DNA of 64,000 nt from an uncultured cyanobacterium (GTDB lineage: Bacteria; Cyanobacteriota; Cyanobacteriia; Pseudanabaenales; Pseudanabaenaceae): contig OY969811.1 of assembly GCA_963703315.1 (NCBI GenBank), positions 1,376,001-1,440,000 of the forward strand, written 5' to 3'. The position numbers were made by a program, and so were the translations under genes. Below, one piece after another: positions 52,645 to 62,683 of this stretch; position 1 is the stretch's first letter; the number at the start of each line of letters is the position of its first letter. Under the pieces are notes generated by a model. The model saw only the letters and a program-made list of their open reading frames with translations, made no database searches and was not told the origin of the DNA.

Positions 52645-52936
52645 AATCGATTTACCTTGTTAATTGCTTTACATTTAGAAATGTAACAGATAGCTTAAGT
52701 TTTCGCAATCTTTCTTTACGTTTTCCGTCTTTGGACAGACTCCAGCGCTTTGTGCTGATTGGAAACCCAAAGAAATTTTTGAAAGCGCGGCGAAGCCGCG
52801 CTTTCAAAAATTTCTTTAATATAGGCTGTAATTCTATGAATGAGTAGAATCTCTGTAATTTAGGTGCGATCGCTAATCAATTGGGTAGAATCCAAAGGAC
52901 ATTCACTCAATAATCTAAGCAAAAGTAGAATTAACT

Positions 52937-54472
52937 ATGCGAAAAATATGGATTCGACTTCTAGCTGGCTGTTTGGCTGTCCTAGTTAATCTGACAACAA
53001 CGGGTACAGTATGGGCAGCTAGTTACAAGAAGAGTAACGATCCCCAATTTCAGGGTGTACCACTTCAGTGTTTCGTGTCACTGGCAGATGCAGATAAATC
53101 TCCTGAATCTAAGTTTGCTGCCTATGGCGAAATCGCAAGTAAATACTTCGACTTACAGCGTCCTGATCAAGCAAAGAAAGTTCTCGAAAAAAGTTTGAGT
53201 GCTGCCAATCTGATTGAGACTCCATCCCTCAAAGCTTTTGCACTGTTAGATACGGCTGGTCGCTTTACCAAGGCTTCGCAGTCTAAGTTAGCTGTAGATG
53301 CTCTCGATAATGCCCTCACAATTGTCCAAGATCTCCCCGATCCTGTAGACAGAGTTTTTGCAAATATCAAAATTGCTCAAGCCTATAGTGAGGCTGGTAA
53401 AAAAGATAAGGCTCAAAACTTACTTGCTGATGCCACAAAATCTACGCCTGAAATTATCAATCCCTATGTCCGATCGCGGGCTTTTGCAGCGATCGCCAAT
53501 GTCTATACTGAAATCGGTGATGACTTCAATTCTGAAACTGCGATTTCAGCAGCAACCGACTTATTGCCGATGATTGACGAACCTAATGCTAGAGCTAGAG
53601 CTAGAGTTGAGATTACAGGTAGTTATGCACAGGCGGGTAACCATTCCAAATCGGTAGCTTCGCTGTCATCGGCTTTTCAAGAGTTTGATGCCATTCGGGA
53701 TGGAGCGATCGCCTCTGCAAAAGACGCTGACCAAAAAGCTAATTCCACTGCCAAGACTGGCAAGGCGAAGTTGCTAAACAAGAATGCTGCTAAGGAAGAA
53801 AAAGCAGTAACAGATCCTAAGACAGATCCCAAGATTGTTGAACAAACAGCGAGTGCTAATGCAGAAATCTTAAAGACGCGATCGCTATTTTTAGTTGCTA
53901 ATCAATATTTAGTGTCCAAGCAATATGACAAGGCACTCGAAGTAATTGGCAACCTTGACAATAAATCCGTTGATAAAAGTGTAGGGATTGCCAATGTCGC
54001 AATCGCCTATGTCAAGGACAAAAAAAACGATGAAGCCATCAAACTATTTGATCAGAGCTTGCAAGGGCTAAGTACAGTTGCGCCTTCAATTGATGTCTTT
54101 ACTTTGCTAGTCGAAGTCGGTCGTCAATACCAAACGATTAAATCGCCTGAACTCGCTCATAAAGCTTGGGAAAAAGCTTTAGAGATCGCTCAGAATTTAC
54201 CTCAGCCAGTTGATCGTCTTTTTGCACTCAATATTATTGCTAGTAACTATGGTGAATTTGGATTAACCGAAAAAGTACCAGCAATCCTCCAAGAAAGCAT
54301 GGCGATCGCCAAAACTGCTCCCGATCCTAATATTCGCTCCAGAGCCTACTCGGACATTAGCAGCACCTATTGGGCGATCGGTCAGCGCGATCAAGCCAAA
54401 GAAATTGCTCAAAACATCGAAAATCCCATCGAAAAAGAACAACTAGGTAAATTATTTACTTGTGCTAGTTAA
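52937..54472 (+). CDS. Exported TPR-like helical repeat protein
   Basis: Signal peptide (VWA-A); repeated IA..Y...G...A...L..A helical units. Confidence 0.8.
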   Translation: MRKIWIRLLAGCLAVLVNLTTTGTVWAASYKKSNDPQFQGVPLQCFVSLADADKSPESKFAAYGEIASKYFDLQRPDQAKKVLEKSLSAANLIETPSLKAFALLDTAGRFTKASQSKLAVDALDNALTIVQDLPDPVDRVFANIKIAQAYSEAGKKDKAQNLLADATKSTPEIINPYVRSRAFAAIANVYTEIGDDFNSETAISAATDLLPMIDEPNARARARVEITGSYAQAGNHSKSVASLSSAFQEFDAIRDGAIASAKDADQKANSTAKTGKAKLLNKNAAKEEKAVTDPKTDPKIVEQTASANAEILKTRSLFLVANQYLVSKQYDKALEVIGNLDNKSVDKSVGIANVAIAYVKDKKNDEAIKLFDQSLQGLSTVAPSIDVFTLLVEVGRQYQTIKSPELAHKAWEKALEIAQNLPQPVDRLFALNIIASNYGEFGLTEKVPAILQESMAIAKTAPDPNIRSRAYSDISSTYWAIGQRDQAKEIAQNIENPIEKEQLGKLFTCAS

Positions 54473-54547
54473 TCAAAAAAGCCTCGCAATGCGAGGCTTT
54501 TTAATAAATAATTCAGGTTGACTGACAAAATATTCTAGTATTTTTAA

Positions 54548-54642
54548 TATAGCGATCGCCAATCTTGTGAAATACGGGATTGTTTCCCCGCCTTTGGCGG
54601 AGAAACAATCCTTTGTAACTCGCTTGCTTGAAAAGCGCTATA
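54548..54642. repeat. TATAGCG-ended MITE-like repeat (family C, most complete copy)
   Basis: TATAGCG...GGATTGTTTCCCCGCC-TTT-GGCGGAGAAACAATCC...GCTTGAAAAGCGCTATA. Confidence 0.75.
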
Positions 54643-54669
54643 TAAAAGTAATTATTCTAGAAAAATATT

Positions 54670-55116
54670 ATGGCTAATTCTTCACAAACAGAATGGTTAT
54701 TTCCCTCAATCACCAATAAAGAAAAAGCAAAACAAGTTGCCAGACAAGGCACTTGGGCTGCGGTCATAGTTGCTCTGATCACATCAGTTCTAACTGTGAT
54801 AGTTATTTCTCAAAATCCTGCATTACCCTCTGACAATTTGCCTAAACTTGATGCTTGGGCATTTTGGGATGTGGGAATTTTTGTGGCGATCGCTTGGGGG
54901 ATCTACAAAATGTCACGAGTAGCAGCCGTAGCAGGGTTGGTGATATATATTGCTGAACAAGTTTTGATTCGAGTTAGTAATCCTAAACTAGCAACCAATG
55001 GTATTTTCGTTACTGTTTTTATTGTTATAGCCTTTATTAATGGCATACGTGGAACCTTTGCTTATCATAGTCTGCCACCCAGTAATACCAATATTGATCC
55101 CAATCCAGAATCTTAG
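54670..55116 (+). CDS. Hypothetical membrane protein (about 4 TM)
   Basis: Hydrophobic helices, SRVAAVAGLVIY, NGIRGTFAYH. Confidence 0.8.
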   Translation: MANSSQTEWLFPSITNKEKAKQVARQGTWAAVIVALITSVLTVIVISQNPALPSDNLPKLDAWAFWDVGIFVAIAWGIYKMSRVAAVAGLVIYIAEQVLIRVSNPKLATNGIFVTVFIVIAFINGIRGTFAYHSLPPSNTNIDPNPES

Positions 55117-55619
55117 TTTTGATTATCTGATAACTGTATGGAAGTGAGAGCTGCCCAGCGTTTATCTAAAGGAGATTCCAAATTTATACTTGTATCGGTC
55201 AAGTCAAGGGCAGGTGCATCTGGGGCGATCTTGGGATAGGGAATCGCTAACAGTAACTGCTCGTACAACCATGCCGCAGGATCAAAATAGCCATTAGGAG
55301 ACAAGGACTCGACTAAATCTCCTGTTTCTATTTCTCTTTCTTTGGGATATTCGCTTTCTGGTAATGGCTCGGCTAGACAGATCATTTCCGAGGTATCGAT
55401 CGCCAATCGATAGTTAAACTGCACCAAAGTGCGATCGCAAGTCAAAGTAATAATCGTCGAAGCTTTGGCGCTAACTTCTAGAAAGGAGCCAACATGATGC
55501 ACAGATATAAAACCTTGCACAGGTGTAAGCGTTTCTAGCCCCTCAATAAATTCTTTAAACTCAAAAGATTCCGTTGCTTCCACGGCTCTAGCAATTTGGG
55601 GGATATATAACTTTTCCAT
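55113..55619 (-). CDS. YceD/DUF177 family protein
   Basis: TLTCDRTL, WLYEQLLLAIP, DKRWAAL; position after jag. Confidence 0.85.
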   Translation of the reverse strand: MEKLYIPQIARAVEATESFEFKEFIEGLETLTPVQGFISVHHVGSFLEVSAKASTIITLTCDRTLVQFNYRLAIDTSEMICLAEPLPESEYPKEREIETGDLVESLSPNGYFDPAAWLYEQLLLAIPYPKIAPDAPALDLTDTSINLESPLDKRWAALTSIQLSDNQN

Positions 55620-56149
55620 TAGCTCTGCACCAATTTAACAATCAAGTGACGATTTGGTTCTCTTCCCTGACTCTGGGTTTCGATATCGGGGAAACTTTCT
55701 AAAAACTGATGAATGTATCGGCGATCGGCTGATGAAAGCTGTTTTAGGGCAACTTCAGTCTTAGTTTCGCGTACTTGCTGCATCGCTTGTTCGGCTAAGG
55801 AGTTTAAATTGGCTAGATATTCGGAGCGATAGCCATTTAACTCCACAGTATAAAAATTATAGTTTTTGCGATCGGTTTCCAAAGGATTAATATCTGAGGA
55901 AATGTGGTTATTCAGAAGCGTATTCGCCAGATATTGAAGTGAGTCAATTACTACGCCATCTTGACCAATCAGTCTTTGAATTTGTTGTTCTTGTAACCCA
56001 TTCGTACTAATTTCTAACCAATAATTCTGAGAATTATCAGCAATTTGTTCTGGAGATGATTCTCCAAGCGTGGTATTCACCGAAGCTGCATAACCCATCA
56101 AGCCTAAAAGCTCCTGAAGCCAGTTTGCACTTGCTGAAGTATCTTCCAT
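55619..56149 (-). CDS. Jag/KhpB-like RNA-binding protein (KH + R3H)
   Basis: LIGQDGVVIDSLQYL, LSSADRRYIH, SQGREPNRHLIV; follows yidC. Confidence 0.88.
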   Translation of the reverse strand: MEDTSASANWLQELLGLMGYAASVNTTLGESSPEQIADNSQNYWLEISTNGLQEQQIQRLIGQDGVVIDSLQYLANTLLNNHISSDINPLETDRKNYNFYTVELNGYRSEYLANLNSLAEQAMQQVRETKTEVALKQLSSADRRYIHQFLESFPDIETQSQGREPNRHLIVKLVQS

Positions 56150-56202
56150 AAACAATACTTTCCCATTCAAGATTGGTTTTAAATACTTCTTAACTTAGAT
56201 GC

Positions 56203-56271
56203 TATAGCGTTTCACAGTCTAGTAAAGTATGGGATTGTTTCTCCGCCTTCGCTAGACTGTGAAATGCTATA
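56203..56271. repeat. Rearranged family C repeat with 20-bp terminal inverted repeats
   Basis: TATAGCGTTTCACAGTCTAG...GGGATTGTTTCTCCGCCTTCG...CTAGACTGTGAAATGCTATA. Confidence 0.7.
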
Positions 56272-56338
56272 AGCCTGCTTACTTGCATAAACTAAATTTA
56301 GTTAATTTAAATTTAAAGGGCGCGTCGCGCCCTTTAAA

Positions 56339-57640
56339 TTAATTCTTTTTCTTCTTCTTTGACGAATTTGGTTCAAAAGGTAAAGCCGATTTTGTCGGCG
56401 ACTTACCATCTTTTTCTTGATTGTCTACTACAGTTGTCTTTTTCGCTTTAGCATCAAAGGGAATTTTGCTAGATTCGGACTTACTGGGTGTAATGGACTT
56501 GGTTTCTGTTTTCGCTTTACCAGAGTCAGTAACACCTGATGAGACTGTAACTAGCTTTTGGAGATTTTCGGGTAGAGGCTCCTTAGCGACAATAAAGGCT
56601 TGCAAAGTCTGGAAGATGTTAGCAATCAACATATACAGCATCACACCTGATGGCAAGGGGAAGAATAAAAACATCCCAGAGAAAATAATTGGTGTGAGCT
56701 TGTTCATCGTGTCTTGCTGTGAAGACTCAGGACTGGGGTTACTAGGTTTAGGAGTAGATCCACCAGAGATATTTTGGTTGGCATAAAGGCTCACACCAAA
56801 ACCAAGCACCATGATCACGATATCCCAGTTAATGCTGCCATCAGCATTAGTTACACCAGTCTTACCAAGTGCCTTAATAAATAAGAAACCTTTGTTGGAG
56901 GCTAAACCTGGTACGGTTGCTTGAACGGTAACATCACCAGCTTGTTTGGCGACTACAGTACCGTCGTCGAGTACTTCAGCAAACTCTTGTCCTTTGGTAA
57001 TTTTCCAATGAGGAGCTAGTTCGGCATCAGGATATTCGGTAGCTAGGGATTGGAAATCTTGACCTTGAGCAGTTTGTAGAACAATTTTTGATTGTTCGCC
57101 AATCGCCAAGCTTGTACCGTTTACCGCAGTGGCAAGAACTGGATAATGCACGCGATCGGCAAAGTAAACGTTTTGGCTAGGCGAGGTAAAAGGTTGGTGG
57201 ATAATTTGCGCCTGATTTTCCGCAGGAGCAGCAATTTGGAAGTTTAAAGAGTAATTAATATCAGCAAAGGGTGATCCCCTTAGAGTTGCAAACAAAGCAA
57301 AGAGAATTGGTAATTGCACGACCGCAGGTAGGCATCCCGATAGGGGATTACCAAATTCTTTGAAGTTTGCCGAGTTTACTTTGGCTAGCTCCTCTTGCTG
57401 TTTGGCAGGATCGCTTTTGTAACGCTCTTGTACTTCCTTGATTCTTTGTTGCATCACGGGGTTAGCGATCTTCATACGACGCATACTGCGAAGCTGATTA
57501 GCACTAACGGGGAACAACGCAAAACGTACAACCAACGTCAAGGCAATAATTGCCAATCCATAGCTCGGCACGATGCCGTAGAAAAAATCTAGGAAAGGCA
57601 ACATTATGTTGTTGGAAAGAAAACCTACACCGAAATCCAT
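56339..57640 (-). CDS. yidC: Membrane protein insertase YidC
   Basis: YGLAIIALTLVVR, NPLSGCLP..VQLPILFALF, LPSGVMLY. Confidence 0.96.
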   Translation of the reverse strand: MDFGVGFLSNNIMLPFLDFFYGIVPSYGLAIIALTLVVRFALFPVSANQLRSMRRMKIANPVMQQRIKEVQERYKSDPAKQQEELAKVNSANFKEFGNPLSGCLPAVVQLPILFALFATLRGSPFADINYSLNFQIAAPAENQAQIIHQPFTSPSQNVYFADRVHYPVLATAVNGTSLAIGEQSKIVLQTAQGQDFQSLATEYPDAELAPHWKITKGQEFAEVLDDGTVVAKQAGDVTVQATVPGLASNKGFLFIKALGKTGVTNADGSINWDIVIMVLGFGVSLYANQNISGGSTPKPSNPSPESSQQDTMNKLTPIIFSGMFLFFPLPSGVMLYMLIANIFQTLQAFIVAKEPLPENLQKLVTVSSGVTDSGKAKTETKSITPSKSESSKIPFDAKAKKTTVVDNQEKDGKSPTKSALPFEPNSSKKKKKN

Positions 57641-57740
57641 TTTCTACTTTACTGTTGAGTTTGCATCTAAATGATTATTGATCACTTATTAAAATTAGGA
57701 TCGCCCAAGATTTGAGCTTCTAGGGCGATCCTGAAATATT

Positions 57741-58139
57741 TTAGGCTTTGCTACCGATCGCACCGCTTCTGTCTTGTGCTTTCAGGCTCAGCTTTGATTC
57801 GATATATTCGTATGTTTCACGAAAATTAGGCAGAGACTTTAATTCAAGGCGAGAACCATCTTTGAGGGTCAGCACCATGTCACCCCAACTGCCTAAACCA
57901 CGCGGAACCGTGACGATTTTGGAAATTTCCGCATATACGATGTCTGTGCGGGTTTGACCTCTCCAACCACCTGTGACGGTAATGCGTCGATTGGTGATGC
58001 GATAGCGTACCCATAACGCTCTTGCGATCGCGGCAATGCCAAAAGGAATTGTGATCACAAAAATACTCATCAGCAAGCTAATAATTAGATCGCCGATGTG
58101 AGGTGCGCCTTCGTAATAAACTTCCTCATTAACTGCCAT
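57741..58139 (-). CDS. Bacterial PH domain protein
   Basis: RYRITNRRITV, WGDMVLTLKDGSRLELKS; position between rnpA and yidC. Confidence 0.85.
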   Translation of the reverse strand: MAVNEEVYYEGAPHIGDLIISLLMSIFVITIPFGIAAIARALWVRYRITNRRITVTGGWRGQTRTDIVYAEISKIVTVPRGLGSWGDMVLTLKDGSRLELKSLPNFRETYEYIESKLSLKAQDRSGAIGSKA

Positions 58140-58479
58140 GCAAAACCTTCGCCTTTGCTAATAAATTCTTGATGTCATCACAAAGTTGCTGATAACTTGG
58201 TTTGCTCTCGGAAGCAATAACTGTTACAACAATTTGCAATCCACCTTTTAATTGTGACAGAAGTTGACGAAAAATTGCGCGAAGTTGACGTTTAAATCGA
58301 TTACGGCTTACCGCCAACTTGCTTACTTTTTTGCTAACAACGATACCAATTTGGGTGAATTCAGCATTACTATCAACAACAATCCTCAGATTTAAGTATT
58401 TGCCTCGATAGCGATCGCCATGGGCATATACCTTTGCAAAGTCCTCTCGCCGTCGCAGACGGTTTTGATTGGGAAGCAC
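58129..58479 (-). CDS. rnpA: Ribonuclease P protein component
   Basis: NRLRRREDF, GIVVSKKVSKLAVSRNRFKRQLR. Confidence 0.96.
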   Translation of the reverse strand: MLPNQNRLRRREDFAKVYAHGDRYRGKYLNLRIVVDSNAEFTQIGIVVSKKVSKLAVSRNRFKRQLRAIFRQLLSQLKGGLQIVVTVIASESKPSYQQLCDDIKNLLAKAKVLHGS

Positions 58480-58539
58480 TAGAAAATTAACAAGTACAAG
58501 TTAAGTACGAATAGGTTTGTGAATTAAATCTGATTAAGC

Positions 58540-58680
58540 TTATACGGTTGTTAAGCGAACTCTGCCTCTGCTGCGGCGAGCTTTGATTACGCGGCGACCT
58601 GTGGGAGATTCCATTCTGGCGCGAAATCCAGAGGTGCGCTTCTTTTTGCGGACACTACCGCGTAGGGTACGTTTTGTCAT
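58540..58680 (-). CDS. rpmH: 50S ribosomal protein L34
   Basis: Missed by ORF track; [46 protein letters not shown]. Confidence 0.97.
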   Translation of the reverse strand: MTKRTLRGSVRKKKRTSGFRARMESPTGRRVIKARRSRGRVRLTTV

Positions 58681-58762
58681 AACCGTTACTTACTTACTTT
58701 CAAAAGGTGTCATTTTTTCACAGGCTTTCGATTATAACACCTGTGTTTAGCGATTTGTTAAC

Positions 58763-58867
58763 TAAGTAGCTGATCGCAATTAAATATAAAATCTCAAAAC
58801 CTGTGGCGCACGCTGTGCGTGCGCCACAGGTTTTGGATCTGTTTTTTTATATATGCCCAGCTACTTA
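58763..58867. repeat. 105-bp MITE-like element, family B copy 3
   Basis: TAAGTAGCTGATCGCAATTAAATATAAAA...CCTGTGGCGCACGC-TGT-GCGTGCGCCACAGG...GCCCAGCTACTTA. Confidence 0.85.
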
Positions 58868-58972
58868 ATACCAATTCACGAAAATGTGACAACACTTTTG
58901 TGAATTGAAAACCAAACCCAGTAAGGGTTTTTAAAACTAAAAATGGCGTAGCCATTTTTAGTTTTGGTATTA
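58866..58972 (+). repeat. 107-bp MITE-like element, family D
   Basis: TAATACCAA...TTGGTATTA termini; two internal hairpins (TTCACGAAAATGTG...CACTTTTGTGAA; AAAACTAAAAATGGC-GTA-GCCATTTTTAGTTTT). Confidence 0.8.
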
Positions 58973-59103
58973 GTTGGCTTTGAGATCAACCAATTTCAAA
59001 TTCAAGCAATAGGTGATTATCGGCTATGACCATCTCATCGCAATCACCTATATCTAGCTATACCCTATAATCTTAGGGGTAACTATTTATGGTTTGGATC
59101 TAG

Positions 59104-60186
59104 GTGGCACTTAAGTTTAAATTTGCGATCGCCTCCGATTTGCACATTGCATTGCCCCACACAATTTGGCAACATCCTGCGCGATTTCATCTAGTTGAGT
59201 ACAGCATCCCTGCATTTGAAGAAGTGCTGTCACAACTTGCTACCCTAGATTTAGACTTTCTGCTTTTACCAGGGGATCTCACACAGCATGGCGAAACCGA
59301 AAATCATCAATGGCTATCAAAACGACTAGCGCAACTTCCCTATCCTGTGTATGTGATCGCAGGAAACCATGATGTGCCTAAATTAGAACTCTTCGATAAA
59401 TTTACACCTCACTATACCAAGTTTGGCTTTGAGTCGGGAATTAGCGAACCTTGTAAACTCTATTATGAGTGTGAAGTATTACCTCATGTGCGTTTAATTG
59501 GATTGAACTCAAATCAATTTGATGCTGATGGTCAGCAAATTGGCTGGATCGATGAAGAGCAGTTAGTTTGGTTGCAATCGATTCTGGACAATCAAGATTA
59601 TGAATTAAATCTAGTGACGATTCATCATAATGTGTTGGAACATATGCATGATCAGTCACGCAATGCCCTCGGAAAGCGCTATATGCTTGGTAATGCTGAG
59701 CAATTGTGCGAAATTTTACATCAGGCAAAGGTGAAGCTCATTTTCACGGGGCATCTGCACGTGCAGGATATCGCCTATAGCGATCGCTATGATCTATATG
59801 ACATTACTACAGGCTCACTGGTTAGTTATCCCCATCCCTACCGCGTTCTCAATTACATTTCTGACGCATCAGGAGATCGCTTAGAAATTGAGTCTTTTCG
59901 AGTCAAATCAATTCCTGAACAAGACGATTTATTACAGTTCTCGCGAGAATGGATGGGCGATCGCTCACATCCCTTTGTCTTAAGATTGCTGACCCATCCA
60001 CCTCTGAACTTACCCCTCGAAATAGCTGAAACCTTAACTCCTGAACTGCGCTATTTTTGGGCATATATTGCTGATGGTGATGCTAAATTTGAGTTTCCCA
60101 ATTTTCCGTTAGAAGCGAAGGAATATTTTGAAGCATTTAGCGATATTTCTCCCAAAGATAATCAGATTACGCTAGTTTTTAAATAA
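59104..60186 (+). CDS. Calcineurin-like metallophosphoesterase
   Basis: SDLH, PGDLT, GNHD, HH, TGHLH. Confidence 0.92.
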   Translation: MALKFKFAIASDLHIALPHTIWQHPARFHLVEYSIPAFEEVLSQLATLDLDFLLLPGDLTQHGETENHQWLSKRLAQLPYPVYVIAGNHDVPKLELFDKFTPHYTKFGFESGISEPCKLYYECEVLPHVRLIGLNSNQFDADGQQIGWIDEEQLVWLQSILDNQDYELNLVTIHHNVLEHMHDQSRNALGKRYMLGNAEQLCEILHQAKVKLIFTGHLHVQDIAYSDRYDLYDITTGSLVSYPHPYRVLNYISDASGDRLEIESFRVKSIPEQDDLLQFSREWMGDRSHPFVLRLLTHPPLNLPLEIAETLTPELRYFWAYIADGDAKFEFPNFPLEAKEYFEAFSDISPKDNQITLVFK

Positions 60187-60225
60187 GGGTTGTGGCGCAC
60201 GTTGCGCGTGCGCCACAGGTTTTAA

Positions 60226-60285
60226 TCTCATTTTAACAAAAGCCGACCTCAGCTATAGCTGAGGTCGGCTTTTGTTAAAATGAGA
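60226..60285. repeat. 60-bp perfect loop-less palindrome
   Basis: TCTCATTTTAACAAAAGCCGACCTCAGCTA|TAGCTGAGGTCGGCTTTTGTTAAAATGAGA. Confidence 0.9.
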
Positions 60286-60305
60286 ATTAATATTTGGACA
60301 AAATC

Positions 60306-61295
60306 ATGTCAGATGAGATCGCCGACTCTGCTAGTAAAAAGGCTAGTAGAAATGCTATTAGAAATATTGTAATTATTGGCTCAGGTCCTGCAGGTTATAC
60401 TGCCGCAATTTACGCTGGACGCGCTAGTCTCCATCCCTTAGTATTTGAAGGTTTCCAAAAGGGTGGTATTCCAGGGGGACAATTAATGACCACAACGGAA
60501 GTGGAGAACTTTCCCGGATTTCCTATTGGCGTAATGGGTCCCCAATTAATGAGCTACATGAAAGAACAAGCAACTAATTGTGGCGCAGAGTTAGTCATGG
60601 AAGATGTGATTGCTGTTGATTTTAGCGATCGCCCCTTTACTGTGCGATCGCAGTCCCATACAATCCAAGCCCATAGCGTGATCATTGCCACAGGTGCGAC
60701 GGCAAAAAGACTAAATTTGCCCAGTGAATCGAAGTATTGGAATCGGGGGATTTCCGCCTGTGCAATATGTGACGGTGCTGCTGCCATCTTTCGGGGTGTG
60801 GAATTAGCAGTAGTCGGAGGTGGAGATACGGCGGCTGAGGAAGCAATTTTCCTAACTAAATATGGCTCGAAGGTGCATTTATTAGTAAGAGGCGATCGCC
60901 TCAGAGCCAGCAAAGTGATGCAAGATCGACTCTTAAAGCATCCCAAAATTACTGTACATTGGCATTCAATTCCCCTTGATGTTTATGGTGAAGAAATTGT
61001 TAAAGGAGTAAAGATTCGTGATCTAGTGACCAATACAGAGGTTGATTTATCGGTGGGGGGATTATTTTATGCGATCGGGCATACGCCGAATACAGATTTA
61101 TTTGCAGGACAGATAGAACTGGATCAGACTGGTTACATCATCACGAAGGGAAAATCGACAGTAACAAATATCGAAGGTGTCTATGCCTGTGGTGATGTCC
61201 AAGATCATGAATATCGCCAAGCAGTTACGGCGGCAGGGACAGGATGTATGGCGGCTCTCGAAGCTGAGCGTTGGCTTTCGGCAAAAATGCCATAG
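60306..61295 (+). CDS. trxB: Thioredoxin-disulfide reductase
   Basis: [50 protein letters not shown]. Confidence 0.95.
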   Translation: MSDEIADSASKKASRNAIRNIVIIGSGPAGYTAAIYAGRASLHPLVFEGFQKGGIPGGQLMTTTEVENFPGFPIGVMGPQLMSYMKEQATNCGAELVMEDVIAVDFSDRPFTVRSQSHTIQAHSVIIATGATAKRLNLPSESKYWNRGISACAICDGAAAIFRGVELAVVGGGDTAAEEAIFLTKYGSKVHLLVRGDRLRASKVMQDRLLKHPKITVHWHSIPLDVYGEEIVKGVKIRDLVTNTEVDLSVGGLFYAIGHTPNTDLFAGQIELDQTGYIITKGKSTVTNIEGVYACGDVQDHEYRQAVTAAGTGCMAALEAERWLSAKMP

Positions 61296-61325
61296 AAGCC
61301 GCGCTTTGCGCGGCTTCTATGGAGA

Positions 61326-62561
61326 TTAGAGATTCAGGTATTGAATTACAGTATTCACATCCTTATCACCACGCCCAGAGCAGTTAATGATGATGCGCTG
61401 ATCGGATGTTAGTTGTGGACAGAGGGTTTCTAGATAGGCGATCGCATGGGATGTTTCCAAAGCAGGAATAATTCCTTCTAAACGAGATAAACGTTGGAAA
61501 GCTTCAAGCGCTTCTTGATCGGTGACGCTGTAATATTCCGCACGACCGAGATCCTTGAGATAGCTATGTTCGGGTCCCACCCCAGGGTAGTCTAAACCAG
61601 CGCTAATGGAATGTGCTTCTTGTACTTGTCCTTGTTCATCTTGCAAGAGATAGCTCATCGCACCATGCAGTACACCCACGCGCCCCAGAGTCAAGGTAGC
61701 CGCGTGGAATTCGGTATTTGTACCTTTACCTGCGGCTTCCACCCCAATCAAACGAACGGTCGGTTCATCCACAAACTCATGGAATAAGCCCATCGCGTTC
61801 GAGCCACCACCAACACAAGCCAGCAGAATATCAGGTAATCCGCCCCATTTCTCTTGGCTCTGACGACGGCTTTCTTTGCCAATTACGGCATGGAAATCGC
61901 GCACAATCATGGGATAGGGATGGGGACCAGCAACGGAACCAAGGATGTAATGGGTATCGACTACATTAGTTACCCAGTCACGAATTGCCTCAGAGGTGGC
62001 ATCCTTGAGCGTACCTGTACCTGACTCAACGGGACGCACTTCTGCACCCATGAGCTTCATACGGAAGACATTGAGGGATTGACGCTCCATGTCCTGTACG
62101 CCCATGTAGATTACGCAATCTAGCCCAAAGCGAGCGCATACGGTGGCAGTAGCAACACCATGCTGTCCTGCACCAGTCTCAGCGATGACGCGCTTTTTAC
62201 CCATGCGAATCGCCAGCAGGACTTGAGCCAAGGCATTATTAATTTTGTGAGCGCCTGTATGATTGAGGTCTTCACGCTTGAGATAAATCTGAGCCGTGCC
62301 ATAATGCTGTGTCAATCGCTCCGCAAAGTAGAGGGGGCTAGGTCTGCCCACATAGTCCCGCAAATAGCCATCTAGCTCGTTGTTAAAATCTGGATCATTT
62401 TTGTAATGGTAAAAGGCAGATTCTAGCTCCGTGAGAGCGCTCATGAGGGTTTCAGGGACATATTTGCCGCCAAAGATACCAAACCGTCCTAAAGCATCAG
62501 GACGATTGGTGGGCGTGGAAGGAGTGGAGTTAGTTTTAGGAGCGATCGGCGTTGTGGTCAT
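61326..62561 (-). CDS. trpB: Tryptophan synthase beta chain
   Basis: [42 protein letters not shown]. Confidence 0.98.
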   Translation of the reverse strand: MTTTPIAPKTNSTPSTPTNRPDALGRFGIFGGKYVPETLMSALTELESAFYHYKNDPDFNNELDGYLRDYVGRPSPLYFAERLTQHYGTAQIYLKREDLNHTGAHKINNALAQVLLAIRMGKKRVIAETGAGQHGVATATVCARFGLDCVIYMGVQDMERQSLNVFRMKLMGAEVRPVESGTGTLKDATSEAIRDWVTNVVDTHYILGSVAGPHPYPMIVRDFHAVIGKESRRQSQEKWGGLPDILLACVGGGSNAMGLFHEFVDEPTVRLIGVEAAGKGTNTEFHAATLTLGRVGVLHGAMSYLLQDEQGQVQEAHSISAGLDYPGVGPEHSYLKDLGRAEYYSVTDQEALEAFQRLSRLEGIIPALETSHAIAYLETLCPQLTSDQRIIINCSGRGDKDVNTVIQYLNL

Positions 62562-62683
62562 TACGGTGAGTCTTGACTGATGAATTAACTACTATTAAAT
62601 CTTGGTTGGTGCGCTGGTGACACTGTAGCTAGGATAACAAATTTTAAAACCTCCAAATGACATTACTATTTGGAGGTTTGGTA

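Noticed and set aside
58680..59104. Possible oriC upstream of rpmH
   Set aside because: No dnaA/dnaN adjacent and no cluster of DnaA boxes seen; the space is filled by repeat families B and D.
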